Assembly (NCBI GenBank): GCA_017478085.1
Contig: JAFVEE010000121.1
Coordinates: 3,214 to 67,213, forward strand
From: Prevotella sp.
GTDB taxonomy: Bacteria > Bacteroidota > Bacteroidia > Bacteroidales > Bacteroidaceae
Reading direction: 5' to 3'
Length of the DNA: 64,000 nucleotides
Shown: one piece after another, positions 1-10,478 of the stretch
Layout: the number at the start of each line of letters is the position of its first letter
Numbering within the stretch: the stretch's first letter is position 1
Translations under genes and position numbers: made by a program
Notes under the pieces: model-generated
What the model was told of the DNA's origin: nothing
Database searches by the model: none
The model's input: the letters and a program-made list of their open reading frames with translations, nothing else

Positions 1-663
<663 letters not shown>

Positions 664-674
664 TTATTGCGGTG

Positions 675-682
675 CAAAGGTA
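675..682 (-). promoter_or_regulatory. Bacteroidetes sigma-A -7 box (TAnnTTTG) for the ABC-F gene
   Basis: caaaggta on the + strand reads TACCTTTG on the - strand, about 40 nt upstream of the ATG. Confidence 0.6.
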
Positions 683-714
683 AGCATTTTTTTTAAATTA
701 AAGGATATTACGCC

Positions 715-1617
715 CTAATTTTTAGCTGATTGCCTGAACTCGTTGGGGGTCTGCCCGGTGAGCCTCTTGAAGTACTTGCTGAAGAACGAGGGGTTGGGAA
801 AGCACAGCTGGTCGGCAATCTGGCTGGTGGTCTTCCCCGTATGGGTCAGTTCTATTTTGATGCGCGTCAGTATGGCATCGTCTATCCATTGCTTGGCCGC
901 ACGGCCACTCGTGTTCTTGACGATGGTGCCCAGATAGCGGGGCGAGAGGCACAGCTGCGATGCATAGAAATCGAGCGAATGCTCCTTGGCGGCATATTGG
1001 CTGACCAGCTGCATGAAGTCGCCGAGCACGCGCTCGTTGCGCGATTGCGACTGGCGCGTCAGTTGTTCGTGGCTGCCCTGCAGGTGGTCAATGTGCCACA
1101 GCAGGCTGCCCAGCAGATGGAGCGTGACCTGCGGAGAGTGGTCGGCCTCGCGCGTGTATGTATAAATAAGGTGGTGCAGGTGGTCCAGGAAAGCCTGGTC
1201 CTGGGGCTGTAGGTGCACCTGGAAGTCGCGCAGATGGCCGTCGAACGATTTGGGAATCTGGGCACCCACGGCCAGTGAGAACAGGTCGTCGCTCATCGTC
1301 AGTCCCATGCCTTGCAGATCTTCCGACACATTCCTTAGCTGCAATATGCCGTTTGGGGCTAAAAACACCAGGTCGCCGGCAACGAAGTGCCGTTCTGTCA
1401 TGTTGACAACAGGCCTGGCCCATCCTTGCAGTATGATTAGGATGCGCATCTCCTGCATCATCCAGGTGTCGGGCCCCAGCTGTCGTCTTGCAATGCTGGC
1501 TTTCACCTGGCGTGCCACTACCAGGTTCCGGGATATGTAGCTGTTGGCTAACTGCTCGTCGCTGCCCTCTATGATCTGGCGCAGCTGCGCCAGCGAGAAG
1601 TGATGTAGTTCGTTCAT
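715..1617 (-). CDS. AraC family transcriptional regulator
   Basis: C-terminal AraC double HTH (FYASQLCLSPRYL...IADQLCFPNPSFFSKYFKRLTGQTPNEFR). Start MNELHH at 1617 chosen because a -7 box (1637-1644) lies just upstream. Divergent from the efflux operon. Confidence 0.9.
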   Translation of the reverse strand: MNELHHFSLAQLRQIIEGSDEQLANSYISRNLVVARQVKASIARRQLGPDTWMMQEMRILIILQGWARPVVNMTERHFVAGDLVFLAPNGILQLRNVSEDLQGMGLTMSDDLFSLAVGAQIPKSFDGHLRDFQVHLQPQDQAFLDHLHHLIYTYTREADHSPQVTLHLLGSLLWHIDHLQGSHEQLTRQSQSRNERVLGDFMQLVSQYAAKEHSLDFYASQLCLSPRYLGTIVKNTSGRAAKQWIDDAILTRIKIELTHTGKTTSQIADQLCFPNPSFFSKYFKRLTGQTPNEFRQSAKN

Positions 1618-1741
1618 ATATTGTCCTTTTAGGGTGCAAAGATAATAAAAAAGAGGCATCTAAATGCTTATTTCTGCAATTTTCGTACAAAAAGGACATT
1701 TCTTCCTTGCATTGGATAGCCTTTTAGTGAAATATTAATCG

Positions 1742-1749
1742 TAACTTTG
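1742..1749 (+). promoter_or_regulatory. -7 promoter box TAACTTTG for the efflux operon
   Basis: Matches TAnnTTTG, about 35 nt upstream of the TolC-family ATG. Confidence 0.6.
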
Positions 1750-1783
1750 CAGCATCGAAAATAAAACTATTGACAACAAAACG

Positions 1784-3070
1784 ATGAAACGACGTGTTTT
1801 TGTATTGATCCTGTCGTTGGGCCATTTGGCTGGCATGCAGGCACAGACGCTCAGCGAGTGCGTGGCGGCTGCCGAGCACAACTACCCGCTCATCAGGCAG
1901 TATGACCTGATAGGGCAGACCACCCACCTGACGCTCTCCAACCTGAGCAAGGAGTGGCTGCCACAGGTGCAGGCCTATGCCCAGGCCACGCTGCAGAGCG
2001 ACGTCACCGCCTGGCCCGACCAGATGCAGACCATGATGCAGCAAATGGGCATCAGCCTGGAGGGGCTGCACAAAGACCAGTACAGGGTGGGCATCGACGT
2101 GAGCCAGACGGTCTTCGACGGAGGTGCCATCAGCGGCAAGCGGCAGGTGGCCCAGCGCCAGGGCGACGTGCAGGCTGCCCAGACTGAGGTGACGCTATAT
2201 CAGGTGCGCCGCAGGGTGATCGACATGTACTACGGCCTGCTGCTGCTCGACGAGCAGTTGCGCCTGAAGCAGGACCTGCAGCAGCTGCTGGCTGCCAGCG
2301 AGAAGAAGCTGGCTGCCATGCAACAGCGGGGCACGGCGGCCCAGAGCGACCATCTGGCCATGAAGGCCGAACGCCTGGGGGCCGACCAGCAGCTGGCCGA
2401 CCTGCAGGCACGGCGGCAGTCGCTGGCCCGTATGCTGGGCATCTTCTGCGGCCTGAAGGTAAGCCAGGTGCAGAAGCCCGCCGGGGAAGCCGCTGCACTA
2501 TCGCAGCCACAGGTCAGCCGGCGCCCCGAGCTGAAGGCCATCGATGCCCAGCTGCGGCTGGCCGATGCCCAGGAGCGGCTGCTCGATGCCGCACTGATGC
2601 CCAGGCTCAGCATCTTTGCACAGGGCTTCTACGGCTATCCCGGCTACAACCTGTTTGAAGACATGATGCACCACAAGTGGTCGTGGAACGGCATGATCGG
2701 TGCCCGGCTGACGTGGAATATCGGGGCACTCTACACCCGCAAGAACGACAAGCTGCGGCTGCAGGCCCAGCGTTCGCTCTACGACGTGCAGCGCGACGTG
2801 TTCCTCTTCAACAACGGGCTGGAACAGCAACAGCAGCGCGAAGACATGGAGCGATACCGGCAGCTGATGGAGGCCGACGGCCAGATCATAGACCTGCGCA
2901 CACAGGTGAGGAAGGCCGCCGAGTCGAAGCTGGCACACGGCATCATCGACGTGAACGACCTGGTGCGCGAGATCAGCAGCGAGAACGCAGCCCGCGTGCA
3001 GCGGTCGGTTCACGAGCTCGAGATGCTGCGCCAGATTAGCGAATGGCAATATACCACCAACGAACAATGA
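1784..3070 (+). CDS. TolC family outer-membrane efflux protein
   Basis: Signal peptide; QTLSECVAAAEHNYP start; two OEP-like repeats (QTVFDGG, RRPELKA, LTWNIG); first gene of an efflux operon. Confidence 0.9.
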   Translation: MKRRVFVLILSLGHLAGMQAQTLSECVAAAEHNYPLIRQYDLIGQTTHLTLSNLSKEWLPQVQAYAQATLQSDVTAWPDQMQTMMQQMGISLEGLHKDQYRVGIDVSQTVFDGGAISGKRQVAQRQGDVQAAQTEVTLYQVRRRVIDMYYGLLLLDEQLRLKQDLQQLLAASEKKLAAMQQRGTAAQSDHLAMKAERLGADQQLADLQARRQSLARMLGIFCGLKVSQVQKPAGEAAALSQPQVSRRPELKAIDAQLRLADAQERLLDAALMPRLSIFAQGFYGYPGYNLFEDMMHHKWSWNGMIGARLTWNIGALYTRKNDKLRLQAQRSLYDVQRDVFLFNNGLEQQQQREDMERYRQLMEADGQIIDLRTQVRKAAESKLAHGIIDVNDLVREISSENAARVQRSVHELEMLRQISEWQYTTNEQ

Positions 3071-3101
3071 CAAACAGAAAACACAATAGCACATTGAGAC
3101 T

Positions 3102-3998
3102 ATGAGAACGAGACTACACACCATGGCCGCAGCCGCCGCTCTGCTGCTGACGGCCTGCGCAGAGAAGGAGCGGGAATATGACGCCACGGGAACCTTCGAG
3201 GCCACCGAGCTCACGGTGATGGCCGAACAGCCTGGCTCGCTGCTGAGCCTGACCGTCGACGAGGGCGCCACCGTGGCTGCCGGACAGCAGGTGGGACTGA
3301 TTGACACCGTGCAGCTACAGCTGAAGATAGACCAGCTCGTGGCCACCAAGGCCGTGTATGCCAGTCAGATGCCCGACGTGCAGAAGCAGATAGCCGCCAC
3401 TCAGCAGCAGCTGGACAAGGCACGACAGGAGCAGCAGCGCTATACCGAGCTGGTGGCCGACGGCGCTGCACCCGCCAAGATGCTCGACGATGCCAGAAGC
3501 CAGGTGCTGGTGCTGCAGAAGCAGCTCGACGCCCAGCGCTCCACGCTGGGCAACCAGCAGGCCACGCTCACCTCGCAGCAGCACAGCACCGATGTGCAGG
3601 TGGCACAGCTGCGCGACCAGCTGCGCAAGTGCCATGTGGTGGCACCCACAGGCGGCACCGTGCTCGAGAAGTATGCCGAGCAGGGCGAGCTGGTGGCCGT
3701 AGGCAGACCACTCTTCAAGCTGGCCGACATAGGCAGCATGTACCTGCGAGCCTACGTCACCTCGGCCCAGCTGCAGAACATCAGGGTGGGGCAGAAGGTC
3801 AGCGTGATGGCCGACTATGGCGACGGACAGCGCAAGCAGTACGACGGCACCGTGAGCTGGATTTCGGGCCGCTCGGAGTTCACGCCCAAGACCATCCTCA
3901 CCGACGATGAGCGCGCCGACCTGGTCTATGCCATCAAGGTGGCCGTGAAGAGCGATGGCTATATTAAAATAGGTATGTACGGGGAGGTGAAGTTCTGA
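3102..3998 (+). CDS. HlyD family membrane-fusion lipoprotein (YbhG-like)
   Basis: Lipobox LLTAC; ATGTFEATE; hairpin coiled coil; EFTPKTI motif; GMYGEV C-terminus. Confidence 0.9.
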   Translation: MRTRLHTMAAAAALLLTACAEKEREYDATGTFEATELTVMAEQPGSLLSLTVDEGATVAAGQQVGLIDTVQLQLKIDQLVATKAVYASQMPDVQKQIAATQQQLDKARQEQQRYTELVADGAAPAKMLDDARSQVLVLQKQLDAQRSTLGNQQATLTSQQHSTDVQVAQLRDQLRKCHVVAPTGGTVLEKYAEQGELVAVGRPLFKLADIGSMYLRAYVTSAQLQNIRVGQKVSVMADYGDGQRKQYDGTVSWISGRSEFTPKTILTDDERADLVYAIKVAVKSDGYIKIGMYGEVKF

Positions 3999-5476
3999 TG
4001 AACGCTATCGAGGTAAATGCACTGTCGAAGAGCTACGGACGGGTGAAGGCACTCGACGAGGTCACCTTCGCCGTGGACCAGGGTGAGGTGTTCGGCCTCA
4101 TAGGCCCCGACGGCGCAGGGAAGACCACCGTGTTCCGCACCCTGTGCACCCTGCTGCTGCCCGACAAGGGTACGGCCACGGTAGAGGGCTTCGACGTGGT
4201 GACGCAGATGAAGGAAATACGCCGTAGGGTGGGCTACATGCCAGGACGTTTCTCGCTGTACCAAGACCTCACGGTGCGCGAGAACCTGGAGTTCTTTGCC
4301 ACACTCTTCGGTACCACCGTCGACGAGGGCTACGACTCCATACGCGCCATCTACTCGCAGATAGAGCGCTTTGCCAACCGCAAGGCGGGAGCGCTCTCGG
4401 GCGGCATGAAGCAGAAGCTGGCCCTGTCGTGCGCACTGGTCCACCAGCCCAGCGTGCTCTTCCTCGACGAGCCCACCACGGGGGTTGACCCCGTGAGCCG
4501 CAAGGAGTTCTGGCAGATGCTGGCCTCGCTCAAGGAGCGCGGCCTCACCATCGTGGCATCGACACCCTATCTCGACGAGGTGCGACAGTGCGAGCGGGTG
4601 GTCTTCCTGAGCGATGGCCGCGTGCAGGGCATCGGCACCCCCGGCGTCATACTCGACCGCTTTGCCAGCGTGTTCTGCCCACCTCCGATAGAAAAAAAGC
4701 AGGAAAAGCAGGAAGCACCGGCTCCACAGGCCCCCTCAGAAAACGTTATCGAGGTGGAGCACCTGGTGAAGGCCTTCGGAAACTTCCATGCCGTCGACGA
4801 CATCTCGTTTTCGGTGAAGCGGGGCGAGATATTCGGCTTTCTCGGTGCCAACGGCGCTGGCAAGACAACGGCCATGCACATGCTCACCGGACTGAACCAG
4901 CCCACCGAAGGTACGGGGCGCGTGTGCGGCTTCGACATCCGCACCCAGCACGAGCAGATCAAGAAGCACATTGGCTACATGAGCCAGCGCTTCTCGCTCT
5001 ACGAAGACCTGACCGTGGCAGAGAACATACGCCTCTTTGCCGGCATCTACGGCATGGGCGACGAGGAGATACGGGCCAAGACCGACGAGCTGCTGGAACG
5101 CCTGCACTTTGAACAGCACCGCAACGACCTGGTAAGGAGCCTGCCTCTGGGCTGGAAGCAGAAGCTGGCCTTCTCGGTGAGCATCTTCCACGAGCCCGGC
5201 GTGGTGTTTCTCGATGAGCCCACGGGCGGCGTAGACCCAGCCACGCGCCGCCAGTTCTGGGAGCTCATCTACGAGGCGGCAGCCAGGGGCATCACCGTGT
5301 TTGTGACCACGCACTATATGGACGAGGCCGAGTATTGCGACCGCATTTCAATCATGGTCGATGGCAAGATAAGTGCCATGGGCACGCCCAGCGAGCTGAA
5401 ACGACAGCTGGGACAGCCCGACATGGACCACGTGTTCACCTACCTGGCCCGCCAGGCCACCCGTTCAAGTAATTAA
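3998..5476 (+). CDS. ABC transporter ATP-binding protein with two NBDs (YbhF-like)
   Basis: Two Walker A motifs (GPDGAGKTT, GANGAGKTT), LSGGMKQ signature and two FLDEPT Walker B motifs. Confidence 0.95.
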   Translation: MNAIEVNALSKSYGRVKALDEVTFAVDQGEVFGLIGPDGAGKTTVFRTLCTLLLPDKGTATVEGFDVVTQMKEIRRRVGYMPGRFSLYQDLTVRENLEFFATLFGTTVDEGYDSIRAIYSQIERFANRKAGALSGGMKQKLALSCALVHQPSVLFLDEPTTGVDPVSRKEFWQMLASLKERGLTIVASTPYLDEVRQCERVVFLSDGRVQGIGTPGVILDRFASVFCPPPIEKKQEKQEAPAPQAPSENVIEVEHLVKAFGNFHAVDDISFSVKRGEIFGFLGANGAGKTTAMHMLTGLNQPTEGTGRVCGFDIRTQHEQIKKHIGYMSQRFSLYEDLTVAENIRLFAGIYGMGDEEIRAKTDELLERLHFEQHRNDLVRSLPLGWKQKLAFSVSIFHEPGVVFLDEPTGGVDPATRRQFWELIYEAAARGITVFVTTHYMDEAEYCDRISIMVDGKISAMGTPSELKRQLGQPDMDHVFTYLARQATRSSN

Positions 5477-5497
5477 CCAGTAGCAGCAGAGTAGCTT

Positions 5498-6568
5498 ATG
5501 AAACAGTTTCTGTCGTTCGTCATCAAGGAGGCACGCCACATCGTACGCGACAAGCGCACGATGCTCATACTCTTCGGCATGCCCGTGGCACTCATGCTCA
5601 TCTTCGGCTTTGCCATCACCAACGACGTGAAAAACGTGCGCACGGTGGTGGTCACCTCGCATACCGACCCCGCGACGCGTCGCATCGTCGACCGTCTGGC
5701 CGCATCGGAGTACTTCACCCTGGTGGCAACGGTGCCCACCCCTGCCGATGCCGAGCACCTCATTCGCAACCAGCAGGCCGACCTGGCACTGATTCCCAGC
5801 GGCGGCCCTGCCCGCCAGTGGCAGATCATGGTCGACGGTGCCGACCCCAACATGGCGCAGCAATGGGCTACCTACGCCCAGACCATCATGAGCCAGCCCG
5901 ACCGCACGGTCGCTACACACCGGCCTGAGGGGCTGTCGATGCGGTTGCTGTACAACCCCCAGATGCGGTCGGCCTACAACTTCGTGCCTGCCATCATGGG
6001 CATGCTGCTCATCCTGGTGTGCGCCATGATGACCTCGGTGTCCATCGTCCGCGAGAAGGAGCGGGGCACTATGGAGGTGCTGCTCGTGTCGCCCGTCAGA
6101 CCGCTCATGATCATCATCGCCAAGGCGGTGCCCTATCTGGTTCTGGCCTTCGTCATCCTCATCACCATCCTGCTGCTGGGCCGCTTCGTGCTGGGCGTGC
6201 CCCTCAACGGCTCGCTGGCGCTCATCTTCGGCATCAGCACCATCTACATACTCATGGCCCTGTCGCTGGGACTGCTCATCAGCAGTGTGGCTCAGACACA
6301 GCTCATGGCCCTGCTGCTCTCGGCCATGGTGCTGCTCATGCCCGTGGTCATGCTGAGCGGAATGCTCTTCCCCGTGGAGAGTATGCCCACGGTGCTCAGG
6401 TGGCTCTCGGCCATCGTACCGCCCCGCTACTACATAGCAGCCATGCGCAAGCTTATGATTATGGGCGTAGGCCCCGCCGAGGTGGCCCGCGAGGTGGCTA
6501 TCCTCTCGGCCATGACGCTGGTGCTGCTGGCCGTGGCCCTGAAGAAGTTTAAGCAACGACTGGAATAA
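5498..6568 (+). CDS. ABC-2 type permease (YbhS-like)
   Basis: RLLYNP, SIVREKERGTME and LSGMLFPVESMP motifs; multiple TM segments. Confidence 0.92.
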   Translation: MKQFLSFVIKEARHIVRDKRTMLILFGMPVALMLIFGFAITNDVKNVRTVVVTSHTDPATRRIVDRLAASEYFTLVATVPTPADAEHLIRNQQADLALIPSGGPARQWQIMVDGADPNMAQQWATYAQTIMSQPDRTVATHRPEGLSMRLLYNPQMRSAYNFVPAIMGMLLILVCAMMTSVSIVREKERGTMEVLLVSPVRPLMIIIAKAVPYLVLAFVILITILLLGRFVLGVPLNGSLALIFGISTIYILMALSLGLLISSVAQTQLMALLLSAMVLLMPVVMLSGMLFPVESMPTVLRWLSAIVPPRYYIAAMRKLMIMGVGPAEVAREVAILSAMTLVLLAVALKKFKQRLE

Positions 6569-6570
6569 GC

Positions 6571-7632
6571 ATGTCTATGACCCTGAAATATCTCATACAA
6601 AAAGAGTTCCTGCAGATACGCCGCAACGGCTTCCTGCCCAAGCTCATCCTGGTGTTCCCCATCGTAATCATGTGTGTCATGCCCTGGGTGATGAACATGG
6701 AGGTGAAGAACATCGTGGTCGACGTGGTTGACCACGACCGCACCACGCGCTCGCAGCAACTGGTACACGCCGTGGAGGCCAGTCGCTACTTTATCTTCAA
6801 CGGTCAGAAGCCTACCTACCGGGCAGCTCTCGACGATGTGGAGAAAAGCCGCGCCGACGTCATCCTTGAAATCAAGGACGGCCAGATGCTCATAGCCGCC
6901 AATGCCGTGAACGGCACCAAAGGGGCCATGGGGGGCGCCTACTTGAGCCAGATAGTGGCACAACACTCACCCTCGGCAACAAAAGCCGGTGAAGGCCCCG
7001 TGGTGACGGTTCTCACCCTCTACAACAAAGGCCAGAGCTACAAGGTGTTCATGATTCCCGCCCTGTTTGCCATCCTGGTCATGCTGATGTGTGGCTTCCT
7101 GCCTGCGCTGAACATCGTGGGCGAGAAAGAGTCGGGCACCATCGAGCAGATCAACGTCACCCCCGTCTCGAAGTGGGCGTTCATCCTGGCCAAGCTCGTG
7201 CCCTACTGGCTCATAGCCCTCTTCATCATCACCGTGTGTCTGCTGTTGTCGTGGCTGGTCTACGGCATCACTTGCCAGGGACCGCTCTGGCTGGTCTACC
7301 TGCTGGTGGTGCTGCTGGCGCTGTTCTTCTCGTCGTTCGGCCTCATTGTGAGCAACTACAGCGACACGCTGCAGCAGGCCATCTTCGTGATGTGGTTCTT
7401 TGTGGTGATGCTCATGCTGCTGAGCGGACTCTTCACGCCCACGCGTTCCATGCCCACGTGGGCCTATCTGACCACCTACATCAACCCCATGCACTATTTC
7501 ATCGATGCCATTCGCACTGTCTTCGTGCGTGGTGGCCACCTGGGCAGCATAGCCCATCAGGTGGCTGCCCTGCTCGCCATCGCCTCGGTCATGGGTACTT
7601 GGGCTGTGCTCAGCTACAGAAAGAATAGTTAA
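6571..7632 (+). CDS. ABC-2 type permease (YbhR-like)
   Basis: KEFLQIRR, EKESGTIEQINVTP and LSGLFTPTRSMP motifs. Confidence 0.92.
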   Translation: MSMTLKYLIQKEFLQIRRNGFLPKLILVFPIVIMCVMPWVMNMEVKNIVVDVVDHDRTTRSQQLVHAVEASRYFIFNGQKPTYRAALDDVEKSRADVILEIKDGQMLIAANAVNGTKGAMGGAYLSQIVAQHSPSATKAGEGPVVTVLTLYNKGQSYKVFMIPALFAILVMLMCGFLPALNIVGEKESGTIEQINVTPVSKWAFILAKLVPYWLIALFIITVCLLLSWLVYGITCQGPLWLVYLLVVLLALFFSSFGLIVSNYSDTLQQAIFVMWFFVVMLMLLSGLFTPTRSMPTWAYLTTYINPMHYFIDAIRTVFVRGGHLGSIAHQVAALLAIASVMGTWAVLSYRKNS

Positions 7633-7766
7633 CGTTTTGGCTATTATAAATAAAGATTATGGTTAATGTTGTTAAATTTAACCAAATAAATTAACTAAAT
7701 CGTTGGCTGTCGGCGTTTGTTTTCCTATCTTTGCATCAGGATTGCAAAAGACAACGATTTAGACTT

Positions 7767-9332
7767 ATGAAGAAATCGACGATATGGATCATAGCCTGCG
7801 TGATGGGCTTCGCCTTTCTGGGACTGCTGCTGCTGCAAATCTCCTACATCGAGGAGATGGCCAAGATGAAGAAGGAGCAGTTCGACGAGAGCGTGAACCG
7901 CGCCCTGAACAACGCCTCGCACAACCTGGAGGTGAACGAGACGCAGCGCTACCTGGAGAAGGACGTGAACGAGGTGGAGCGACGCGCCTATACCCAGGAC
8001 TCCGTCTACGTGAACGGGCTCGACGGGGCCATCAAGCACTCGCACCAGTTTTCCGTGTCGGCCGACGACGGCACCTTCTACTCGGCCTTCGAGCTGAAGA
8101 CGTTCCAGACCAACCCCTCGAGCGTGCCCAAGGCCATGATCATGCGCACCGACAAGAACCAGATGAGCGAGGCCACGAAGTCGCTGCAGGAGATAGTGCG
8201 CACGCGCTACGTCTACCAGAAGGGGCTGCTCGACGAGGTGGTGTATAATATATTGTACACGGCGAGCGATCGTCCGCTGAAGGAACGCGTGAACTTCAAG
8301 ATGCTCGACCAGGACATCACACACGAGCTGCAGATGAGTGGTATCAACATTCCCTACCATTTCACCGTTTCGACCAGCGATGGCCGCGAGGTGTACCGCT
8401 GCCCCGACTATAGCGACGAGGGCCGGCAGTACAGCTACACCACCACGCTCTTCCGCAATGACCCCACGTCGAAGATGGGCGTGCTGCGCATACACTTCCC
8501 CGAGATGAGCAGCTACATCTTCTCGAGCGTCAGGTTCATGATTCCCGCCGTCATCTTCACCGTGGTGCTGCTCATCACCTTCATCTTCACCATCGTGGTC
8601 ATCTTCCGCCAGAAGCGCTACACCGAGATCAAGAACGACTTCATCAACAACATGACCCACGAGCTGAAGACACCCATCAGCAGCATCTCGCTGGCCGCGC
8701 AGATGATGAACGACGACGCCGTGACCAAGAGCCCGCAGATGATGAAGCACCTGGGCGGCGTGATCAACGACGAGGCCAAGCGCCTGCGCTTCCTCGTGGA
8801 GAAGGTGCTGCAGATGTCGATGTTCGACAACAAGACTGCAGCCTTCAAGAAAAAGGAGCTCGACCTGAACGAGCTGCTTGAGCAGGTGGCCGCATCGTTC
8901 AGCCTGCGCGTGGAGCACACCGGAGGCAAGATAGACCTGGACATCGAGGCCGTAGACTCGGCACTCTACGTCGACGAGGTGCACTTCCAGAACGCCATCA
9001 CCAATCTGATGGACAACGCCGTGAAGTACCGCAAGCCCGATGAGCCCGTGAACATCCTGATACACACCTGGAACGAGGCCGACCGCCTGTGCTTCTCGAT
9101 CGAGGACAACGGCCTGGGCATCAAGAAGGAGAACGTGAGGAAAATCTTCGACAAGTTCTACCGCGTGCACACCGGCAACGTGCACGACGTGAAGGGCTTC
9201 GGTCTGGGACTGGCCTACGTCAAGAAGATCATCAACCTGCACGAGGGCGACATCAAGTGCGAGAGCGAGCTGGGCCGAGGCACCAAGTTCATCGTCTCAC
9301 TGCCCGTGTTTGAGGTGAGTGGTGAGAGGTAA
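7767..9332 (+). CDS. rprX: Sensor histidine kinase (RprX-like)
   Basis: Two TM segments; H-box FINNMTHELKTP; N-box NLMDNAVKY; G-boxes DNGLGI and GFGLGL. -7 box TATCTTTG at 7726-7733 supports the start at MKKSTIW. Confidence 0.85.
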   Translation: MKKSTIWIIACVMGFAFLGLLLLQISYIEEMAKMKKEQFDESVNRALNNASHNLEVNETQRYLEKDVNEVERRAYTQDSVYVNGLDGAIKHSHQFSVSADDGTFYSAFELKTFQTNPSSVPKAMIMRTDKNQMSEATKSLQEIVRTRYVYQKGLLDEVVYNILYTASDRPLKERVNFKMLDQDITHELQMSGINIPYHFTVSTSDGREVYRCPDYSDEGRQYSYTTTLFRNDPTSKMGVLRIHFPEMSSYIFSSVRFMIPAVIFTVVLLITFIFTIVVIFRQKRYTEIKNDFINNMTHELKTPISSISLAAQMMNDDAVTKSPQMMKHLGGVINDEAKRLRFLVEKVLQMSMFDNKTAAFKKKELDLNELLEQVAASFSLRVEHTGGKIDLDIEAVDSALYVDEVHFQNAITNLMDNAVKYRKPDEPVNILIHTWNEADRLCFSIEDNGLGIKKENVRKIFDKFYRVHTGNVHDVKGFGLGLAYVKKIINLHEGDIKCESELGRGTKFIVSLPVFEVSGER

Positions 9333-9415
9333 GTGGTGAGAGGTAAGTGGTGAGAGGTAAGAGGTGAGAGGTGAGAGGTAAGAGGTGAGAGGTAAGAGGT
9401 AAGAGGTGAGAGTAA
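9312..9415 (+). repeat. Tandem heptamer array G(A/T)GGT(G/A)A, about 14 copies
   Basis: gaggtga gtggtga gaggtaa ... read directly; overlaps the last codons and stop of the kinase. Confidence 0.95.
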
Positions 9416-9490
9416 GAGAATAGTATAAAAAATATATATAGTATAAACCCTGGTGACGAGTATGGGAAGGATGAGACGAGAGAGACTTTT

Positions 9491-9521
9491 CTCTCACCTC
9501 TTACCTCTCACCTCTCACCAC
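9491..9521 (-). repeat. Inverted copy of the heptamer array, about 4 units
   Basis: tcacctc ttacctc tcacctc tcaccac is the reverse complement of the upstream units. Confidence 0.9.
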
Positions 9522-9539
9522 TAAAACAACAAAACAATT

Positions 9540-10238
9540 ATGGAAGACAAACTGAAAATCTTGCTTTGCGAGGACGATGAGAACCTCGGAATGCTGCTCC
9601 GTGAGTATCTGGCCGCCAAGGGCTATGAGGCAGAGCTTTGCGCCGACGGCGAGGCTGGCTTCAAGGCCTTCCTGAAGACCAAGTTCGACATCTGCGTGCT
9701 CGACGTGATGATGCCCAAGAAAGACGGCTTCACGCTGGCACAGGAAATACGCACCGCCAATGCCGAAATCCCCATCATCTTCCTAACGGCCAAGACCCTG
9801 AAGGACGATATTCTTGAGGGCTTCAAGCTGGGTGCCGACGACTACATCACCAAGCCTTTTTCCATGGAGGAGCTGGTGTTCCGTATTGAGGCCATCCTGC
9901 GCCGCGTAAGGGGCAAGAAGACCAAGGAGAGCACGCTCTACCACATCGGCAAGTTCACCTTCGACACCCAGAAGCAGCTGCTCTCCATTGGCGAGAAGCA
10001 GACCAAGCTCACTACCAAGGAGAACGAGCTGCTGGCACTGCTGTGCAGCCACGCCAACGAGATTCTGCAGCGCGACTTTGCCCTGAAGACCATCTGGATC
10101 GACGACAACTACTTCAACGCCCGCTCTATGGACGTCTACATCACCAAGCTGCGCAAGCACCTGAAGGAAGACGACCAGATCGAGATTATCAACATTCACG
10201 GCAAGGGCTACAAGCTCATCACTCCCGAGGATGAGTAA
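9540..10238 (+). CDS. rprY: OmpR-family response regulator (RprY-like)
   Basis: REC domain (EDD, LDVMMP, KPF) plus trans_reg_C (RSMDVYITKLRK, HGKGYKL). Confidence 0.88.
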   Translation: MEDKLKILLCEDDENLGMLLREYLAAKGYEAELCADGEAGFKAFLKTKFDICVLDVMMPKKDGFTLAQEIRTANAEIPIIFLTAKTLKDDILEGFKLGADDYITKPFSMEELVFRIEAILRRVRGKKTKESTLYHIGKFTFDTQKQLLSIGEKQTKLTTKENELLALLCSHANEILQRDFALKTIWIDDNYFNARSMDVYITKLRKHLKEDDQIEIINIHGKGYKLITPEDE

Positions 10239-10267
10239 GAAATAGATCCATTTCTCTAACACTTTCC

Positions 10268-10394
10268 AGCGGAGGCTCCATCAACGTTCGATGGAGCCTT
10301 CGTTGTGTCTTAACGGAGCCTCCGTTGTTTCTTAATGGAGCCTCCGTTGTTTTGAAACCGAGGCTCCGTTGTGTTGTAACGGGGCCCTCGTTGT
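10268..10394. repeat. Six palindromic units (aacGGAG-CC-TCCgtt core) with exact 22-bp period; may double as rprY terminator
   Basis: Cores start at 10271, 10293, 10315, 10337, 10359 and 10381; followed by a T-run. Confidence 0.9.
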
Positions 10395-10478
10395 TTTTTC
10401 CCCTCAATTTGTTTGTCATATTCAAAAAAATGCTTAACTTTGTGGGCACAAAACAAAACTAAAATCTACTAATCCATT

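Noticed and set aside
10268-10394. Possible CRISPR array (also 40497-40603)
   Set aside because: The 22-bp period leaves no room for unique spacers, and there are no cas genes.
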